Below, one piece after another: positions 31,944 to 47,088 of a stretch of DNA of 64,000 nt. The stretch lies in the NCBI RefSeq assembly GCF_009914755.1, contig NC_060925.1. One strand, given 5' to 3'. The notes under the pieces are model-generated. The model ran no database searches. It had not been told where the DNA came from and worked only from the letters and a program-made list of their open reading frames with translations. A program made the position numbers and the translations under genes. Numbering within the stretch: position 1 is the first letter of the stretch; each line of letters starts with the position of its first letter. The stretch is from the human T2T-CHM13v2.0 reference genome, Homo sapiens.

Positions 31944-32252
<309 letters not shown>

Positions 32253-33898
32253 GAAACTCCCAAGCTCCATGACTGATTTTATGGCAAAGAGGAAGAGAAT
32301 AAAACCCAGAGGCAGAGCCATTCCCCGGCAGCTGAGGTTCTGGCCCTAAAACAATGCCTTTTTGTTCCCTCCTAGGGTAAAAAAGAAACTAAAATCCCCA
32401 GCTATCAGCAGTAGTTTGTTTTTCTGATCATCCTTAACATCCTTACAACAAAACAGGCACCTGGTCTTCACAGGTGGGAACAATCCAACTCCACCTCAGG
32501 AAAAAGAGAAAACTGTCCATTCTGCTCAGAGGGGCATCCAAAACCTGGCTCCCTTCCTCGTGGTGTAGACCAACGTTCCTTTTTGCTCTGCTGGCTGCCA
32601 TCTAGCCAACTTCAAAAAGAAGCTGAGCGCATCCCCTGTCCAATGGATGGGCGTGGGTGCTGCCCAGTGGGCACAATGTTGCAAAGTCCAGAGAGCTGCA
32701 GACGGCACACGAGGGGCTGGAGAGTGTGGGTTCTCTTCCTTACACTGGTTATACCAGCCTGCACTCAAGATGCATCTGGCAAACAAGCATGAGGAGATAT
32801 AAGGAAGATCACAAGAAAAAAATGAACGGGCAAGCACTTGCCATGGCACCTGGCAGAGCAAGCACTCAACAAGTGGTGGCTGCTGGTTTTCATCAGGCTC
32901 TTACTTTCTGAACAGAGGGGAGGAGAAGGCAACCTCGACGTGTTGTGAGCTGCCCTGGAAGTGTCCGTCAGAAACACAAAGTGCCGCTTACTGGGAGCGG
33001 TTCCGTACCCACTGGCACAGGCTCCACACAAAATGGAGAAAGATCAATGCTTGGCTTTGGGCGGGCCATGTCCAGAGCTGATGCTGAAACTCAACCACCC
33101 TTGTTTGTGTGTTGAGACCAGCTGTTTTCACCATGGTTTAGGGAACACGGCCCAGAGGCTGCCCATGGACACGGGACAGGTATTCAGCGGAAATTCCTTC
33201 CAGTACACACAGGTGCAACAATCCCCCGAGTCAACATACCAATCAGCTTAGGCATGTGCGACTTTAATGCCAGCTGCACTTAGAAGGCACATCTGGACTG
33301 TGGCTGCCGCGCTTTAGTGTCTCGCTTTTACGAGGCTTTTATTTTTTTACTTAAAGAAATAATGAAGGCCTCTCTGGAAACAATGGTGCCGCTGCAGGGG
33401 CCGGCTATCTGGCTCTGGGATCTGGTTTTGGGATCTGGCCAAACTGTCCACACTTGGCACCACTGCGACTGTCTTCTGCCCTCTGGACTACTTGTGAAAA
33501 CACTGCTGGCCCCATGGAGCTACCTCATGAGCCGTCAACAGTCAGGGCTTTCTGGGCTTCCAAGTCATCACTCTCATCCAAAGCTGCCATTGTTGAGAAC
33601 TCATTCTGTGTCAGGGGCTTTGCATATCTTTTTTTTACAGTTAAGAAAACTGTAACCCAGAGAGATAAGGAACGTGCCCAAGTCACAGGCTGAGAAGCAG
33701 GGATCTGGGAGTAGATGTCAGGCTTGGCTGGCCCCAGTGCCCATATTCTGCCCCATGCCAGGCTGCCTGGCCATCCTGAGACGTGCCAGCTGTGGTGGGA
33801 TGGAGCGCAGGCGGACAGAACAGGGTCAGCCAGTAGGTTAGATGCCCGTATGAAGCCACACCACTGAACACACAGCTGCCCCAAAGAGGAGAAAGTCA

Positions 33899-34365
33899 GG
33901 CCAAGTGCAGTGGCTCATGCCTGTAATCCCCAGCACTTTGGGAGGCCAAGATGGGAGGATCACTTGAGGCCAGGAGTTTGAGACCAGCCTGGGCAACAGA
34001 GTGAGAGCCCCCGTCTCCATTTTTTTTCTTGGAAAAAAAAAAAAAAAAAAACGGTGGAGAGAGTCCGAGTTAAAAAAGGAACCCGCTGGGTGACCAGGAA
34101 TCCGGGACATGCCCCGAGCACCCTGTACTGGGGATTTTGGAGGGTTCTCTGCCTCACTGAGGCAGCTGGGGCTGCTGGCTGGGTCACTGCAAGAATGCCT
34201 TTTTTTTTTTTTTTTTTAATTAGACATGGGGTCTCTCTCTGTCACCCAGGCAGAAGTGTGGTGGTGGGACCATAGTTCACTGCAGCCTCCACCTTCTGGG
34301 CTCAAGTGATGCTCCCACCTCAGCCCCCAGACACTGAGATTACAGGTGTGAGCCACTGTGCCCCA
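33899..34365. mobile_element. FLAM (33899-34051, +) and antisense Alu monomer (34200-34365, -)
   Basis: Alu consensus. Confidence 0.85.
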
Positions 34366-35639
34366 CCGCACCTATTCTTGATACTTGCACAAAGCAGTTT
34401 TCCATCACAGAAGCCTCGGAAACATCTCAGTGAGGGGAGTGCAGGGTCTCTGGCAGGATGGGGGAGCTTGACCAAGGGAGGGAGCTGGTCCCTGCTTCCA
34501 GCAGCAGAGTTTCACTCCAACATGTGCAACGGCCCAAACCAAAGAGTGACTGTGTGCCATCTGGTTAGAGGAACCCAAGAATTCTAGAGGCATCAGAGTC
34601 CCTGATGCTGACGTGGGGATCATGTTCATAAGCAAACTTGTTTTCTGCACACTCCTGTTTTCCATTTAACTTTCTTTCAGCAGATGAAAATCAGACTGCA
34701 CATGCCAAGCAACCAGACACTGGCCTGCAGCCTTGGGATGCCAGATGAAAGGGAACCCCAGGACAGGGGGCAACATGCAAGCCTGTCTAGATCCACTCTT
34801 TAGGGACTTGATAACTGTAGCAGACACCCCCACTAGGAGCAGTGGTCACGAAAGAGCTGAAACGCACTGCGAGAGCAGGAAGCAGGCTCAGCTGTACCCC
34901 TCCAAAGCTGTGAGGTTTCTCCAGACCTTTCTCTCTGCTCTGTGAAAACAACACAATAGAGGTGGGCTTGGGTTTCCCCATTAAGTGCTTCTGGCACTTT
35001 CTCACAAGCCCCAGGCAGTGGCAAGCCGGTGTCCCACAGCAGGCAGGGCGGGTTCTCAGAGGCCCTGTGCGCACATGGCTGAAGACACAAACATGTTCAA
35101 ACCCAAGTGCTAATTACACTGTGGACATGCCAGAAGCCAGAGACGGCCTGGCTCCACCCTGCTGTCCCGAGTGCAAGATGAGTGGCAAGCGGTGCCCGTC
35201 ACGGGATCCCTCTGGAGGCCTTTACATCTGGGGAAAGGTCCTACCTCTAGGCAAGGAAATGAGAACACAGACCTCGCTGAAGGGACAGGGAGTGAAGGGG
35301 GATGTCCCCAACCAAACCGTCCCTGCAGCTCCAGGATGTTCTTAAGCATTCTCCGTTACTCCCCTTACTCTGCCCACCTCCCAGTGGGGCTCTGAGTCCG
35401 CAGGCCTGGCCGTTTCCAGCGGTGGAAAAAGCCCCCGGGGCACCTGGAACTGCAGAGTTCACTCAGCCAGAGCAAAGGAAGCAGCCCTCCACTCTAGCTG
35501 AGCTGTCAGGCCCTTCCTGCTCCTGGCCTCTCCAATCCAGCCTCCACACTACTTCCGAGGAACTTCTTTGGATGCACATCAGAGCTGTCCTACCCTTGGA
35601 ACCTTCCAGACCTTTCCCAAGGCTCCCAGAATGACACCC

Positions 35640-36325
35640 AGAGCCCGCACCCCACAGGCCTGTGCGCCTCTCCCCACTGCCCTGTCCTGTTCCGGCCTCC
35701 ACTCACTGCCCACGACCACTGGGAATCCCTTCAGGGCGTGGCCCAGGCGGTTCCCACTGCTCAGGGCACTGTCCTTGTCCTCTCCCATCACAGTACAGGG
35801 CTGTGCCCGGGATCCCCAGACCACCCGAGGCTCCATAATTCGCTACAAGGACTCACGGAATGTGGCACAAAGTTGCCCTCGGGGCCAAGGGTTATTGAAG
35901 GGAACAGAGCAAAGGAGGCTGAGGGAGAAGGCGCTGGGGCTGGGGTCCTGAGAAACCAGGCACCAGCTTTCAACGTCCTGCTCCATGACGTCACACAGGA
36001 CGTGATACACTCCCCCAGGGATGGGCTTGACGGCATGTGTGAAGTACTGTCTACTGGTGAAGCAAGCCAGGGACTCAGTGCCCAGGGCTGTACTACTAAG
36101 CACCCTCTACCTAGCACATGGTGAAATTTCAGATGCCCACAAGGAAAGGAGAAGGAAGGCCACACTGTTTGCACACAGTTCAGACGTCGGAAGTCACTCT
36201 TATCAGGGAGTGGTAAGAGCCCTCCTGAAACCCAAGTTCCCAGCTGCCAGCCGCGGGCCAAGCTGGCAAGCATGCCTCCGAGGGACAGCAGTCTCAGGCC
36301 AGCTCTGTTAGCCCTTTCCACTCAA
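35640..36325. mobile_element. MER21-family LTR
   Basis: CCCCAGACCACCC...ATTCGCTACAAGGACTCAC...GAAACCAGGCACCAGCTT...GACTCAGTGCCCAGGG...AAGTTCCCAG...CAGCAGTCTCAGGCC is colinear with MER21. Confidence 0.75.
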
Positions 36326-36845
36326 GGGCAACCCCCCTGTAACCGACCCACAGTTCCTTCCTCAGAGCCTTCCCTAACATCCACACCCTTTGCTCTTCCC
36401 CACCGCAGGACCCAGCTCTCGTTCCTTTGCAGCGTTTATCAAACTGTGCAAGTACTGTGTTCATCTGCTGACTTGTTCCTGTGTTGAAACATGGGCCCCA
36501 TGAGGGAGGGACTGGGCCTGACACATTTGCCACTGACCCTGGGCACATGACACCATCCCCGGCAGGTTCTCATTAAGGACCTGGTGACCGATCCCAAGGA
36601 TTCTCTCTCCAGTCACTGCAGACGGGCACTACCAGCATCTCTGTTCAGCCTCACTACACCCTGATGATGTGGATTGAGCAGGAATCATTAATTCCATTTT
36701 TGAGACAGAGATTTCCTGGAGGCCTTGCTGTGGGAGGTGGTGGAAGAGCCCCATCCCGAAACTACGGCCTTCTCGCATGATCACGAAGCCTGCTACCCCA
36801 TCAGGTCCGCCACCCAAATGGTCCCGTATCTGTGATCATAAACGC

Positions 36846-36890
36846 ACAGAATGTAAGATGCAGGTACAGAATGTAAGATGCACGTACAGA
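36846..36890. repeat. Tandem repeat, 20-nt unit x 2.2
   Basis: ACAGAATGTAAGATGCA(G/C)GT repeated. Confidence 0.9.
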
Positions 36891-39204
36891 TACCTGCTGC
36901 ACAATTAGAAGAGCCCTGTCACCCAGCAGCCTGGAAGGTGCTGGCTGGACGCAAGGCATGAGTGCAGCAGGGGTCTGACGCACAGTGTGTCACTGAGTGA
37001 CGCCTCAGCCCACAGCATGGGTAAGGAAACGGAGGCTCAGAGAGGTTAACTCACTCGCCCAGTCAGTCGGCAAGAAAAGACAAAGAGAGAATCCAGTCCA
37101 AAGCTCTTTAAAGCCAAGGTCCTCTCCATTCCGTGGCTGGGCCTCAGACGCCATGGGTGAGGGTCAGAGGCTTTTGGTGGGAGGTGGTGGTGCCTTCTGC
37201 CTGGGAAGCCCCCCAGCACCTCAGCTGCCCGCTCACACTTCTGCACTCTTTCCCTGGAAAATCTCCCCCTACCGCCTGCAGTTCCTCCACACTCACGTCC
37301 CGAGGAAGGGGTGCCCTGAGGGGTCTGGGGCTGGGAACCTGCAGTTTCAAGGACCCCGGAAATCAGGTGCAAACATTTCTCACATGTGAACATGGACATC
37401 CTGCCCTTCCTGGGCCAATGTTCCTCAAACATCAAATGGCGGGAAGGAGCAGGAACAACTGCAGTTCTGAAATGGCCCAGAGAGGGGACAGGTGCTGGGG
37501 AGCCCAGGCCGGGGGGTGGGGCCCATCCACCCAGCTCCTGGCTGCTCCACTCCTGGAGAGGCCCTTGGGCCCTGGGACTGCCATGAGGCCGCCAGCCTTG
37601 TTTCACTCTATAAACTTCTTCCAGACAAGGAGGGCTGATTGGAAAAGCTAATTAAAGCTTTTGAAGATTATCTCAGAACTGAAGCAAGGAAGAACACAAA
37701 ATACCCTCCCACCCTGCTCCTCCACTCCCCAGACTCTGGCCTTCATTAGGCTTTGATTTCAATCAATTGCACACCCACTAAAATTAACTTATAAGGCCAA
37801 TAAATTGCAACCGCATGTTTGAAGGTATTATCTGCTCCAAGCCAAGAGCCAAGGACTTCAGAGCATGGGGCGAGATGTCTGGCGCAGATGGGAGTAATCA
37901 TCTTTGGAAGAAGGCAGTGCCAGCCCTTTGGTCAGAACATCTGGTCCCAGGCAGAACCCGGGGCCGACACAGGCCAGGGCCAGACTTGATGTGAAAGCTC
38001 GAGCAGGGAAGGTTTCCTATCTTCTCCAGGAACCTGAAAAATCAAAGTGTTAATCTTGGGGTTCATGGCAGCCCACTGGTCGCTCACACCAGCAAGATGT
38101 TCCTCTGACAGCTGCTGGTGCCTGACCTACAGCAAAGTCTCCACTTCTAAGTCTCTCCCAAGAAAGATCACTTAGGTCAAAAGATGAGGTTTTGTGACTG
38201 ATGAGCTAGCCTAGGCTTGGACCTAAGAAAGCAGAGTCGGCTCTGCTGAGAAAGAGTGTCAAATGATCCTCCGAGCCAGCTGCCCAGGAGTCGGCCCGCT
38301 CGGCTGTCTTCCCCTCTGCCTCAGTGCTCAGTTCTCGTGACATCCCCTGGATGAGTCAGGCCCATCAATTACAGGCAGAAAACCATCTTGGGGCTTGGTA
38401 GAGAGAATAGCCTAGATGTTGGGGACCAGGTGGGTGGGCTGGCTGGGAGGGGAAGTGATGAAAATGAAGGTGACTTGCGAGCAGATAATACCCTCACCTG
38501 GCCCCAGCACACCAGCAAAATGTGCTTGTCATCTCCTAAGCATTTGCGCAAACTGGCTCTTTTCATCTAAAAACAAGGCTGTTTGGGTAGTGACAGTTAC
38601 TCTCCTAGGGAAAGTACTACTATGATCTCTTTCTGCCCCTGAGGATGGCAGAGAAGGGAATCATCAGCATGGAAGGGACCTGGACGTGAGAATGCCGCAG
38701 GGACCCAGCAGAGGCAGGGCAAGCCAGGAGCTAGTGGACTTCAGAGGGAGCCGTGAGGACACACGGCTCAGCCCCCTGCACCCCTACTCGCCTTTTGCCC
38801 ACCTTAAGGAGTCACGCTCCCAACTGCTGGCCCTTTCAATCCACAGGGGAGAGGGGCTGCCACATCTCCAAGGAGTTACAAGCCAGAAAGGCCTGCTGGT
38901 CAACCCGTCCCCTGGCCCAGCTCCATCATTCTGACATTGATTCCATGTGCTTATGATTAAATCCAACTCCCTACAAAGTCAGAGCCTTTACAGAGCCAGG
39001 GATCAAAGCCCAGAGCCTGAAGACAGAATCTACGTCTTTCCCTCAGGATCCAGTGAAGAAGATTTTTCTCTCCGGTGGCAGAGGGAGCCTCTGGGGAGAC
39101 GGTAAGTTCTGCTATCTGAGGAGGCTGGTGTGGCCCGTGGGCTGCCTGGATCATGCTCTAGGTCTCTGGACCCTCAAGCCTATCTCTTTACCAATGTCTC
39201 CTTT

Positions 39205-39497
39205 CACATATTTTTTATTTTTTAGTTTTCTTTTTTTTTTTTCCAGAGACAAGGACTCACTCTGTCACCCAGGCTGAGTGTATGATGGCATGACTATAGC
39301 TCACTGTAACCTTGAACTCCTGGGCTCAAGCAATCCTCCTACCTCAGCTGAGTAGCTAGGCCTATGTGTGTGTGTGCCTCTATGCCTGACTAATGTTTAT
39401 ATTTTATTTTTTGGAGGTACAGGGTCTTGCTATGTCGCCCAGGCTGGTCTCGAGCTCCCGGCCTCAAGCAATCCTCCTGCCTCAGCCTCCCAAAGCA
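39205..39497 (-). mobile_element. AluJ
   Basis: Diverged antisense Alu. Confidence 0.87.
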
Positions 39498-42369
39498 CCA
39501 TTAATCTTTTCAAGCAGGGCCTCAAGGAGTAAGGACAAAGCTAATGGGTTAATGGGTGGGGGGCAGGCACCTCGTTCCTGACTGTGGCACACACACGGCC
39601 AGTGCCTGTGGGTGCTACGTCAGCCGACAACAAACATGCCCACAGACAGCAAGTCCAGTCTTCTGGCATGAGCCAGCAGGGTACGGCGGGGGCAGGAACA
39701 GGGGCAAGACAGGGTATCCAAGGCCTCTTTATTCCTTTTCTTGGGTCAAATCTCTGTGTGAGCAAAGTCCAGTGTGACCTTCTCAGCATAAAGAGACTTT
39801 TTAGGCCATAAAACAAGCGGCTCCCTGGAGGCTGGCTGCAGCACAGTGTCCCCACGGGAGGATTCTGAGCTCCAACGTGGCAGGAGCCTGGCAGCTCTCA
39901 GTCATTCGATGGGGTTGGTGGTCATGAGGCTGGAGCTCAAGCCAAACATAGTCCTGATTGCGATTCATCAGGATCCAACAATTCAGAAGCACCTGGAATC
40001 GTGAATTAAAGACCCTGTCAACACAGTCTGCTCTTCCAACCCCCAACCACCAGGGGCACAGGCCAAGCTCTAGCTTGAAGTGTGTGGTCTGAAAGTGGCA
40101 GCTGCACCTGTGCAGCCCTCCTGGGCACAAGGGCGAGCCCAGCCTGCTCTCAAGGGGTGGCTTCTCCGGCCACTCCCCTTTTCTCCTGGCAGGGTGGGTC
40201 TGGCTGAGGCTCTGGCCATCTCTCACAGGCCGGGGACACCAGCCACTTTCCTGGCCCCTCAGGCAGCAGCTCAGGGTGACCAAGCCAGCAGACGGGAGCA
40301 TTGGGTGGAGGTCTCCTCTCAGAATGACCCTTGCCTGAACCCATCTGCCAACCTGAACAGAAGATAGGTGGGAGAGCTGTGGCCTTGCTCAGGGGACAAC
40401 AAACAAGTCTTTCTGTGAGAAAGTGTTTGTATGGGGAAGGGCTAGATAAAAGATGAAGAGAAAGGGATGGCCTACTGCCTCTCCACCCCATGGAACAGCC
40501 TGGTCCCTAGAAAACCGAGTGTGACCCTGGCCAATGCCCCTCAGGAGACAAGGCCACCCAGCTGACTCCCCTCTGCTCCAAAGCCACGGGGAAAAGAGCT
40601 TGCATTCCAGGGCCTGCTGTGGTCACTTATGTGGCCACCAACAGCCTCGCGGGGCACTCTGGGAATGGGAACTTCTGGAGATGAGCAATGTACCACAATG
40701 TACCAAGATGTTTTTAAAAAAGAAAAAAAAGAGACTTGTTCTCATAATTTTTAGACTATAAATGGGTTGGTTCGTCACATGTGGTTCAGCTGGGAAAACG
40801 TTCCTCGCATGTGGTCCCAGGAGAGAGAGCTCTTCAGCACACTCCGATGGCACTGGGTGAGTCAAAATTCATGCCTCTGGTATCCCGGATGGCAGCTCCA
40901 ACTGCTGTCCCTTTGGTGGTCTGCGGTCCCTGTCACCCAGGAAGAGCCTGGCCCCACTGCCCCTGCACATGCAAGGTAAGGAAGGGCCTCCTGCCTCTCC
41001 TGCGGGGCCACTCTCCTCCTTCCTCCCGAGGTGCTGGGAACAGAACGGCACCAGCCTGGATCCCACTACACACTGTTGCAGACCCTCGGGGTCTGGGTTA
41101 TCCAGTTCGACCCCCAACTGAGGGCAGGATGCTGTCGTCACCCCTCTTTCAACTCCCCCGAGTCAGTTTACCTTCAGAGAGGAGTGTGTAGGCAAGTCAA
41201 AGGCACACAGAAATCAAAAGCCACCTTACAAATACACATTTCCCAGGGAAGGGAAAGGCTTCACCAGAGGCAGCGTGAAGAGTGAGGCCTTAGCTATGAC
41301 TCCCGGCTCCTGTGGTTTTCTAGCTGTGTTAACCAGCTTGAGTACTTATCTGAGCCTCAGCTTCATCAGCTGCCAAATGGAATAACTCCCACTTGTCCTA
41401 TAGTCACTGTAAGGATTCAGTGATTATTCTGAAGAGTTTTAATGATAGTAGGGAAATTCTCATGATAACAGGCCATAAAAGCCCCTGCAGAACCATACAC
41501 CATGTATCATTACATATGTGAACGATGAGATGGGAAGGGAGAACAAGGGAAGCAGAAGTCCAAGATGAAACTGGGCTCTTCCCCAAGGCTGGCCCTAAAT
41601 GGCGAAGTAAGGCAACACATCTGATTCACTTTATTAAGGGAGTAACAACATGAACACTTAAGTCTCATAAAGAATCAGAATCACCCCCACCTCCATATCT
41701 CAACATGCAGCCCAGTAATAAGCCAGAGTACAGCCTCCTCATAGAACAGAAGGGGTGAGGCCAGGCAACTTCCTCAGGCTTAGGGGATGACACGCATGGC
41801 ACGTTAGCTCCCCAAGCTGGGGGAAAATCTAGCAAACACTTTCAAGGGGGAACTTTCCACTTCCACCTTCAAACTTAGCTGAAAGGGCAGGCTGTATTCC
41901 TGGAGTATCCTGAGATGGCTCCCAAGAAGCTTACATATAAAAGGGGCCAATTTTGCCCAAATCTCTTTCAAATTGACTTCCAATTTAAAAGAGGCTGAGG
42001 GTGTGCACTTGCTGGTTGACAGCTGTGTGTGCACATTAAGGGGCACCAGTCTCAGGGCCTTAGACAGGTGAGTTTGCCCCTGCCTCAGAGACCCTGGCAC
42101 AACCAGCCCCCCTGCCTGGCTGGCTTCCTCAATGTCAGACCTCAGTCAAGTGTCTCCTCAAGAGGCCTCATGGGCCACTCTACATAACAAGTCAGCTGCT
42201 CCCTGTTATCACTAGCAGCAATGACTTGTTCACTGGTCCACTGTTTGTTTTTCCACAATGGAGTGTGGTGAGGGCAGGGGCCTCATCTACCACGTACGAG
42301 GTGCATCCCTGGTACTCAGCAAGCACCCGGCTCATGGGAGGCACTCAAATGTCTGCTGAGTAAATAAAT

Positions 42370-42580
42370 CGATGTTGGACTCTGGAGCTGGGTAAGGATG
42401 GTTTGATATCCCAGTTCCACCACTTACTAGCTCTGTGAACCTGGGTAAGTTATATCACCTTTCTGATCTGTCAGCTCGTTTGTAAGAGGGGGATAACCCT
42501 CTCTCATGGGTTCTTGTGAAGACCGAATGAGACAGAGAATACCTGGAGGCCCACTTGCATGGCCACTGGTAACTGTTATC
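42370..42580 (+). mobile_element. MIR (representative; further MIR remnants near 9760, 17140, 19590, 41290, 42860, 43550, 44370, 52620, 53200, 62800)
   Basis: CCCAGTTCCACCACTTACTAGCTCTGTGAACCTGGGTAAGTTATATCACCT is the MIR core. Confidence 0.7.
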
Positions 42581-43039
42581 ATCACCATCGTTATTTTATT
42601 ACCAGTATTATCACTTTAATATTAAACCAATTCTACTTGGGCATTCTTGTTTAATAGCTGGATTGGCTTCTTACCAAATGGGCAGGTAAAAGAAGATAGT
42701 AAAAAACAATTACAAGTAAACTACCATAGAGCAATGAGTCAGCTTTTCAGTATCACTGGGGAAGGAACTATTCTACAATAGGACAAAGTTCTAGATGTAA
42801 GAACCTTTAAAAGACTGAAGCCTATTTTAACTGTGAAAATCAACAATTTGTGGGAATTTCAGATAAATATGGGTTCAAATCCTAGCTTTTCACCTCCATG
42901 TCCTGTGGTCTTGTGTGAGTCATTTAACCTCTTGGAACCTTGGTCTCATTTGTAAAAGGAGGAACAAAACCATCTTCCCCAGAGGTTCTTGTTAAGGAGT
43001 AAAGATAATGTATATAAAATATTCGTATATAATAGAACT

Positions 43040-43210
43040 ACAGACTGGGGGCCAAGCCCCACCCACCTCAAAGCTCAAGAGGTGAATTTTACATTTTAAA
43101 GGTTCAACAGAAAACAAACCAAGAAGCAGCAACAGAGACCTTATGTGGCCTGCAAAGCCTAAAACGTTTAGGATCTGGTTCTTGACAGAAAAAAGTCTGC
43201 CAACTTGAAT
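43040..43210. mobile_element. MER58-like hAT fragment
   Basis: CAACAGAGACCTTATGTGGCCTGCAAAGCCTAAAA...ACAGAAAAAAGTCTGCCAAC. Confidence 0.7.
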
Positions 43211-43921
43211 TAGTATTGCCTATTTTACAGTTTTGCTGTATTTTCAGTATAGAGCTTAATTATAAATGAGATTCTGTTGATTATGGCTAACTTTCTCTGG
43301 AGCCCTTCCTTGTAAGCCTGAACAATTAAGTGACATGTTGGTGCTGTGGTGCTGGGAGGCAGGATTAGACGGAGCAGGAAGAAATCTCAACAGATCTAGC
43401 AAAACGCTTTTTAAGGAAGGTGCCGAGGCCACAAACAACTCAGGATTCAGGAAGATGTTTGCTGCTCTGCTCCTGCTCTGTAAGGACTGCACTTATCTTG
43501 GCCTGAGAGCAGCTGGAGGCAGAGGCCCCTGAGCTCCAGGTCAGAAGTGAGCGTGTGGTATGGCAAAAAAATCCATACGGGCCTTTGGAGATAAACAGGT
43601 CTGACTTTAATTCCTGGCTCTACCCCTTGCTGTGGACAAATACTTTAATCTGTGTCTTAATTTCTTAATCTGAGAAACGAGGACTAAACTAGCTATGTTT
43701 GTGAGGATTTGAGATGCTATGTAGAAATACCTGGCACTGTTTCTTATACACAGTAGGCACTGTACCAGTGGCACCTGCTGTTATTATGAATCACGATGCA
43801 GGGGAACAGCACATAGTGAAGTCTGGTAGCATTCTATGACCGAGTCATCTCATAACCAACCCAACCACCAAACGAGTGCCCTGCATCCTGCTATGGGAGG
43901 CTCCCAATTTTAGTTAGGTGA

Positions 43922-43999
43922 GCCAGGTAACAGATTCAAGGGAGAATGCTTGGCCGGGTAACAGATTCAAGGGAGAATGCTTGGCCAGGTAACAGATTC
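43922..43999. repeat. Minisatellite, 31-nt unit x 2.5
   Basis: GCC(A/G)GGTAACAGATTCAAGGGAGAATGCTTG at 43922, 43953 and 43984 (partial). Confidence 0.95.
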
Positions 44000-44075
44000 C
44001 AGATAGAACACTGCCACTTAGGATTTACCTCTCAAAACTCACAAGCGCTAAAGTGCAACAGGAGAAAATGACTCA

Positions 44076-44270
<195 letters not shown>

Positions 44271-44622
44271 CTATCTGAAATCTCGGAGGCAAAGCCGCTA
44301 ACTCCAGCAAAGATTTTTCTGGGTCCTGGCAACAAACAGGGCTTTCTGGAGGTTTGGAGAACAAGGGCTCTGATGCGGGCAGACTGGGGCACACGCCCGT
44401 GCTCCACCTCTCACTGGCTGTGAATGCTCAGCAAGTGTCCCAACTCCCTGAGCCTCACTTTTCTCCTGCGTAAAATGCGGCTGCTACTTGCTCCGCACAC
44501 AGGGTCGTCATGAGAAATGAGACAAGCAGATCAAGCGCCCAGCCCAGAGCTTGCCAGACTGTCAGTGTTCAACAAATGCTAGTTCTTTCTTACCCGCTTT
44601 CTCAGTTTTGTGTTCACCACCT

Positions 44623-44936
44623 ATTTTTTTTTCTTTCTTTTTTTTTTTTTTTTTAAGACAGAGTCTAGCTCTGTCGCCCAGGCTGGAGTGCAGTGGCGTG
44701 ATCTTGGCTCACCACAACCTCCGCCTCCTGGGTTCAGGCGATTCTCGTGCCTCAGCCTCCTGAGTAGCTGGAATTGCAGGTGCAAGCCACCAGGCCCAGC
44801 TAATTTTTGTATTTTTAGTAGAGGCGGAGTTTGGCCGTGTCGGCCAGGCTGGTCTCAAACTCCTGGCCTCAAGTAATCTCCCTGCCTCAGCCTCCCAAAG
44901 TGCTGGGATTATAGGTGTGAGCCACCGCGCCTGGCC
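44623..44936 (-). mobile_element. AluS
   Basis: TSD TGTGTTCACCACCT. Confidence 0.94.
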
Positions 44937-46121
44937 ATGTGTTCACCACCTTATAGTTCAACAGATGCCCCTCTCTCCTCCCTGATTTGCTGGAGGCTCT
45001 ACATAAACTTTAAGACCTTCTTACATAGTAAGCGTTAAGAAGAGAGCTGTCAGTTACAGAGGCGGGCAAGAGATACAGCTCCACAGGGAAATGCTGATTA
45101 CATTAGAAAACCTGAGCAATCAGGTTCTCCACGTGAACACAGGATAGCTTTTCCAACATCCAAGAGCTATGCACACATATGAAGACTGCTAAGTAATGAG
45201 AACCAGTCTTTTTGCAGCCCAAAAGACTTGCTGTATTTCTTGAAATGTATTTTGCCACATCAGGAAAGCATTTAATCACACTGAGAACTGGAAAGGGGGT
45301 TATAAGGGAAAGATCTACTCATTAATTCCTGCAGGTGGGGTTCAGAGGGCCGAGTGTTCAGAGAAAGTAGCAGAATTAAAAAGGTGAGAGAGGAATGAAA
45401 AGACAGAGAAGACAACATGGAATTCAGAAAAAGTCCTTCACACTCTTGGTCTAAACGCCTCGCTGTTTCCACTGTCAGAGACCCACAATGCCTTTTCCGC
45501 ATCCCCTCCTGACCACATCATTGTGATGTGGAATGCATGTTAAGGAAAAAAAAAGTATGCTCATCATCTTCCAAACCCCAGTTTTAAAGAATTCTGCACG
45601 CAGACATCTTTCTTCTTGGTAAGTGATGCTCCACCAGGCACCTACGTCAGTAGATCATGGAGTATGGAACCAGAATAAGCTGGGCGGCCTCTTCCACCAG
45701 CCACCCGCAGGCAGCTTTCTCAGAGGCTGGTTCACAAACGGTATGTAGGGGAAGAGTTGCTGTGCTTGGTGTCCCCAAAGAGTCTCCAGGCAGGAATTAC
45801 ACTCCTGATCACCTCAAAGCAGAAGGAGCCTTGGAAATCCTTGTTTCCAAGCTGACCACTTTCTGCTGCTCACCGCAGTTTTGGTAGAGACTTTGCAAGA
45901 ATGGGGTGAGACACCCCCTGCTGCCCCATGAGCAGCAGCCAGCTTTCATGGTCACACTGGGCCATCGCACACCATGGGAAGCAAACTGTCAACAAGCTGG
46001 GACCCCAGATGGCTGGGAAGACAGGCGTGCCGCCCACAATCGATGCCTCAGTTCTCCTGAGAAGCCAAGCGCGGGCTGACCTGTCAGTTCTTGTAGCCTG
46101 TCGCTCCTCCCTCTGAAACGG

Positions 46122-46300
46122 GGCTGCCCAACAGAACTTCCTGAGACGATGGAGATGTTCTAAATCTGTGCTGTCCAAAACAAGTCACTAGCCATGTGTA
46201 GCTACTTGCATACTTACAATGTGACCGGTATGACCAAGAGACTCAATTCTTAATTTTATTTAATGGGAATCAATTTGAATGCAGATAGCTCACTCTAGAA
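46122..46300. mobile_element. MER3-like hAT element
   Basis: CTGCCCAACAGAACTT...GATGGAGATGTTCTAAATCTGTGCTGTCCAA...CACTAGCCATGTGTAGCTACT. Confidence 0.7.
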
Positions 46301-46425
46301 CCTCAGCTAGGAGGGGGCAAGAGCCTTTTCTGTCATCTTCTCTTCAGGTTGCTCAGCACCTAGAACAGTGCCTGGCACTCAACTACACGCTCATTAAAAA
46401 AAAAAATGTTTTTAAGAATGAATTT

Positions 46426-46888
<463 letters not shown>

Positions 46889-47088
46889 TCACCCTCGACT
46901 GCAAGAGGTCTTTGACAGCAGAGAGCCTGTGCTGCCTGCCCTTGTCCCCAGTACCCAGCCCTGAGTTAGTGCCAAGCAGATGCTGCTGGTGGACTGAAGC
47001 CTCACAGCCCGGGAGAGGAAGAAAGGGGAATTCTGCTGGTGTTCCACTTCTCCAAACCAAGAGATGGAGCAGCTTTCTGGCTTTTTCA

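Noticed and set aside
43922-43999. CRISPR-like 31-nt repeats
   Set aside because: Head-to-tail with no spacers, in human DNA; a minisatellite.
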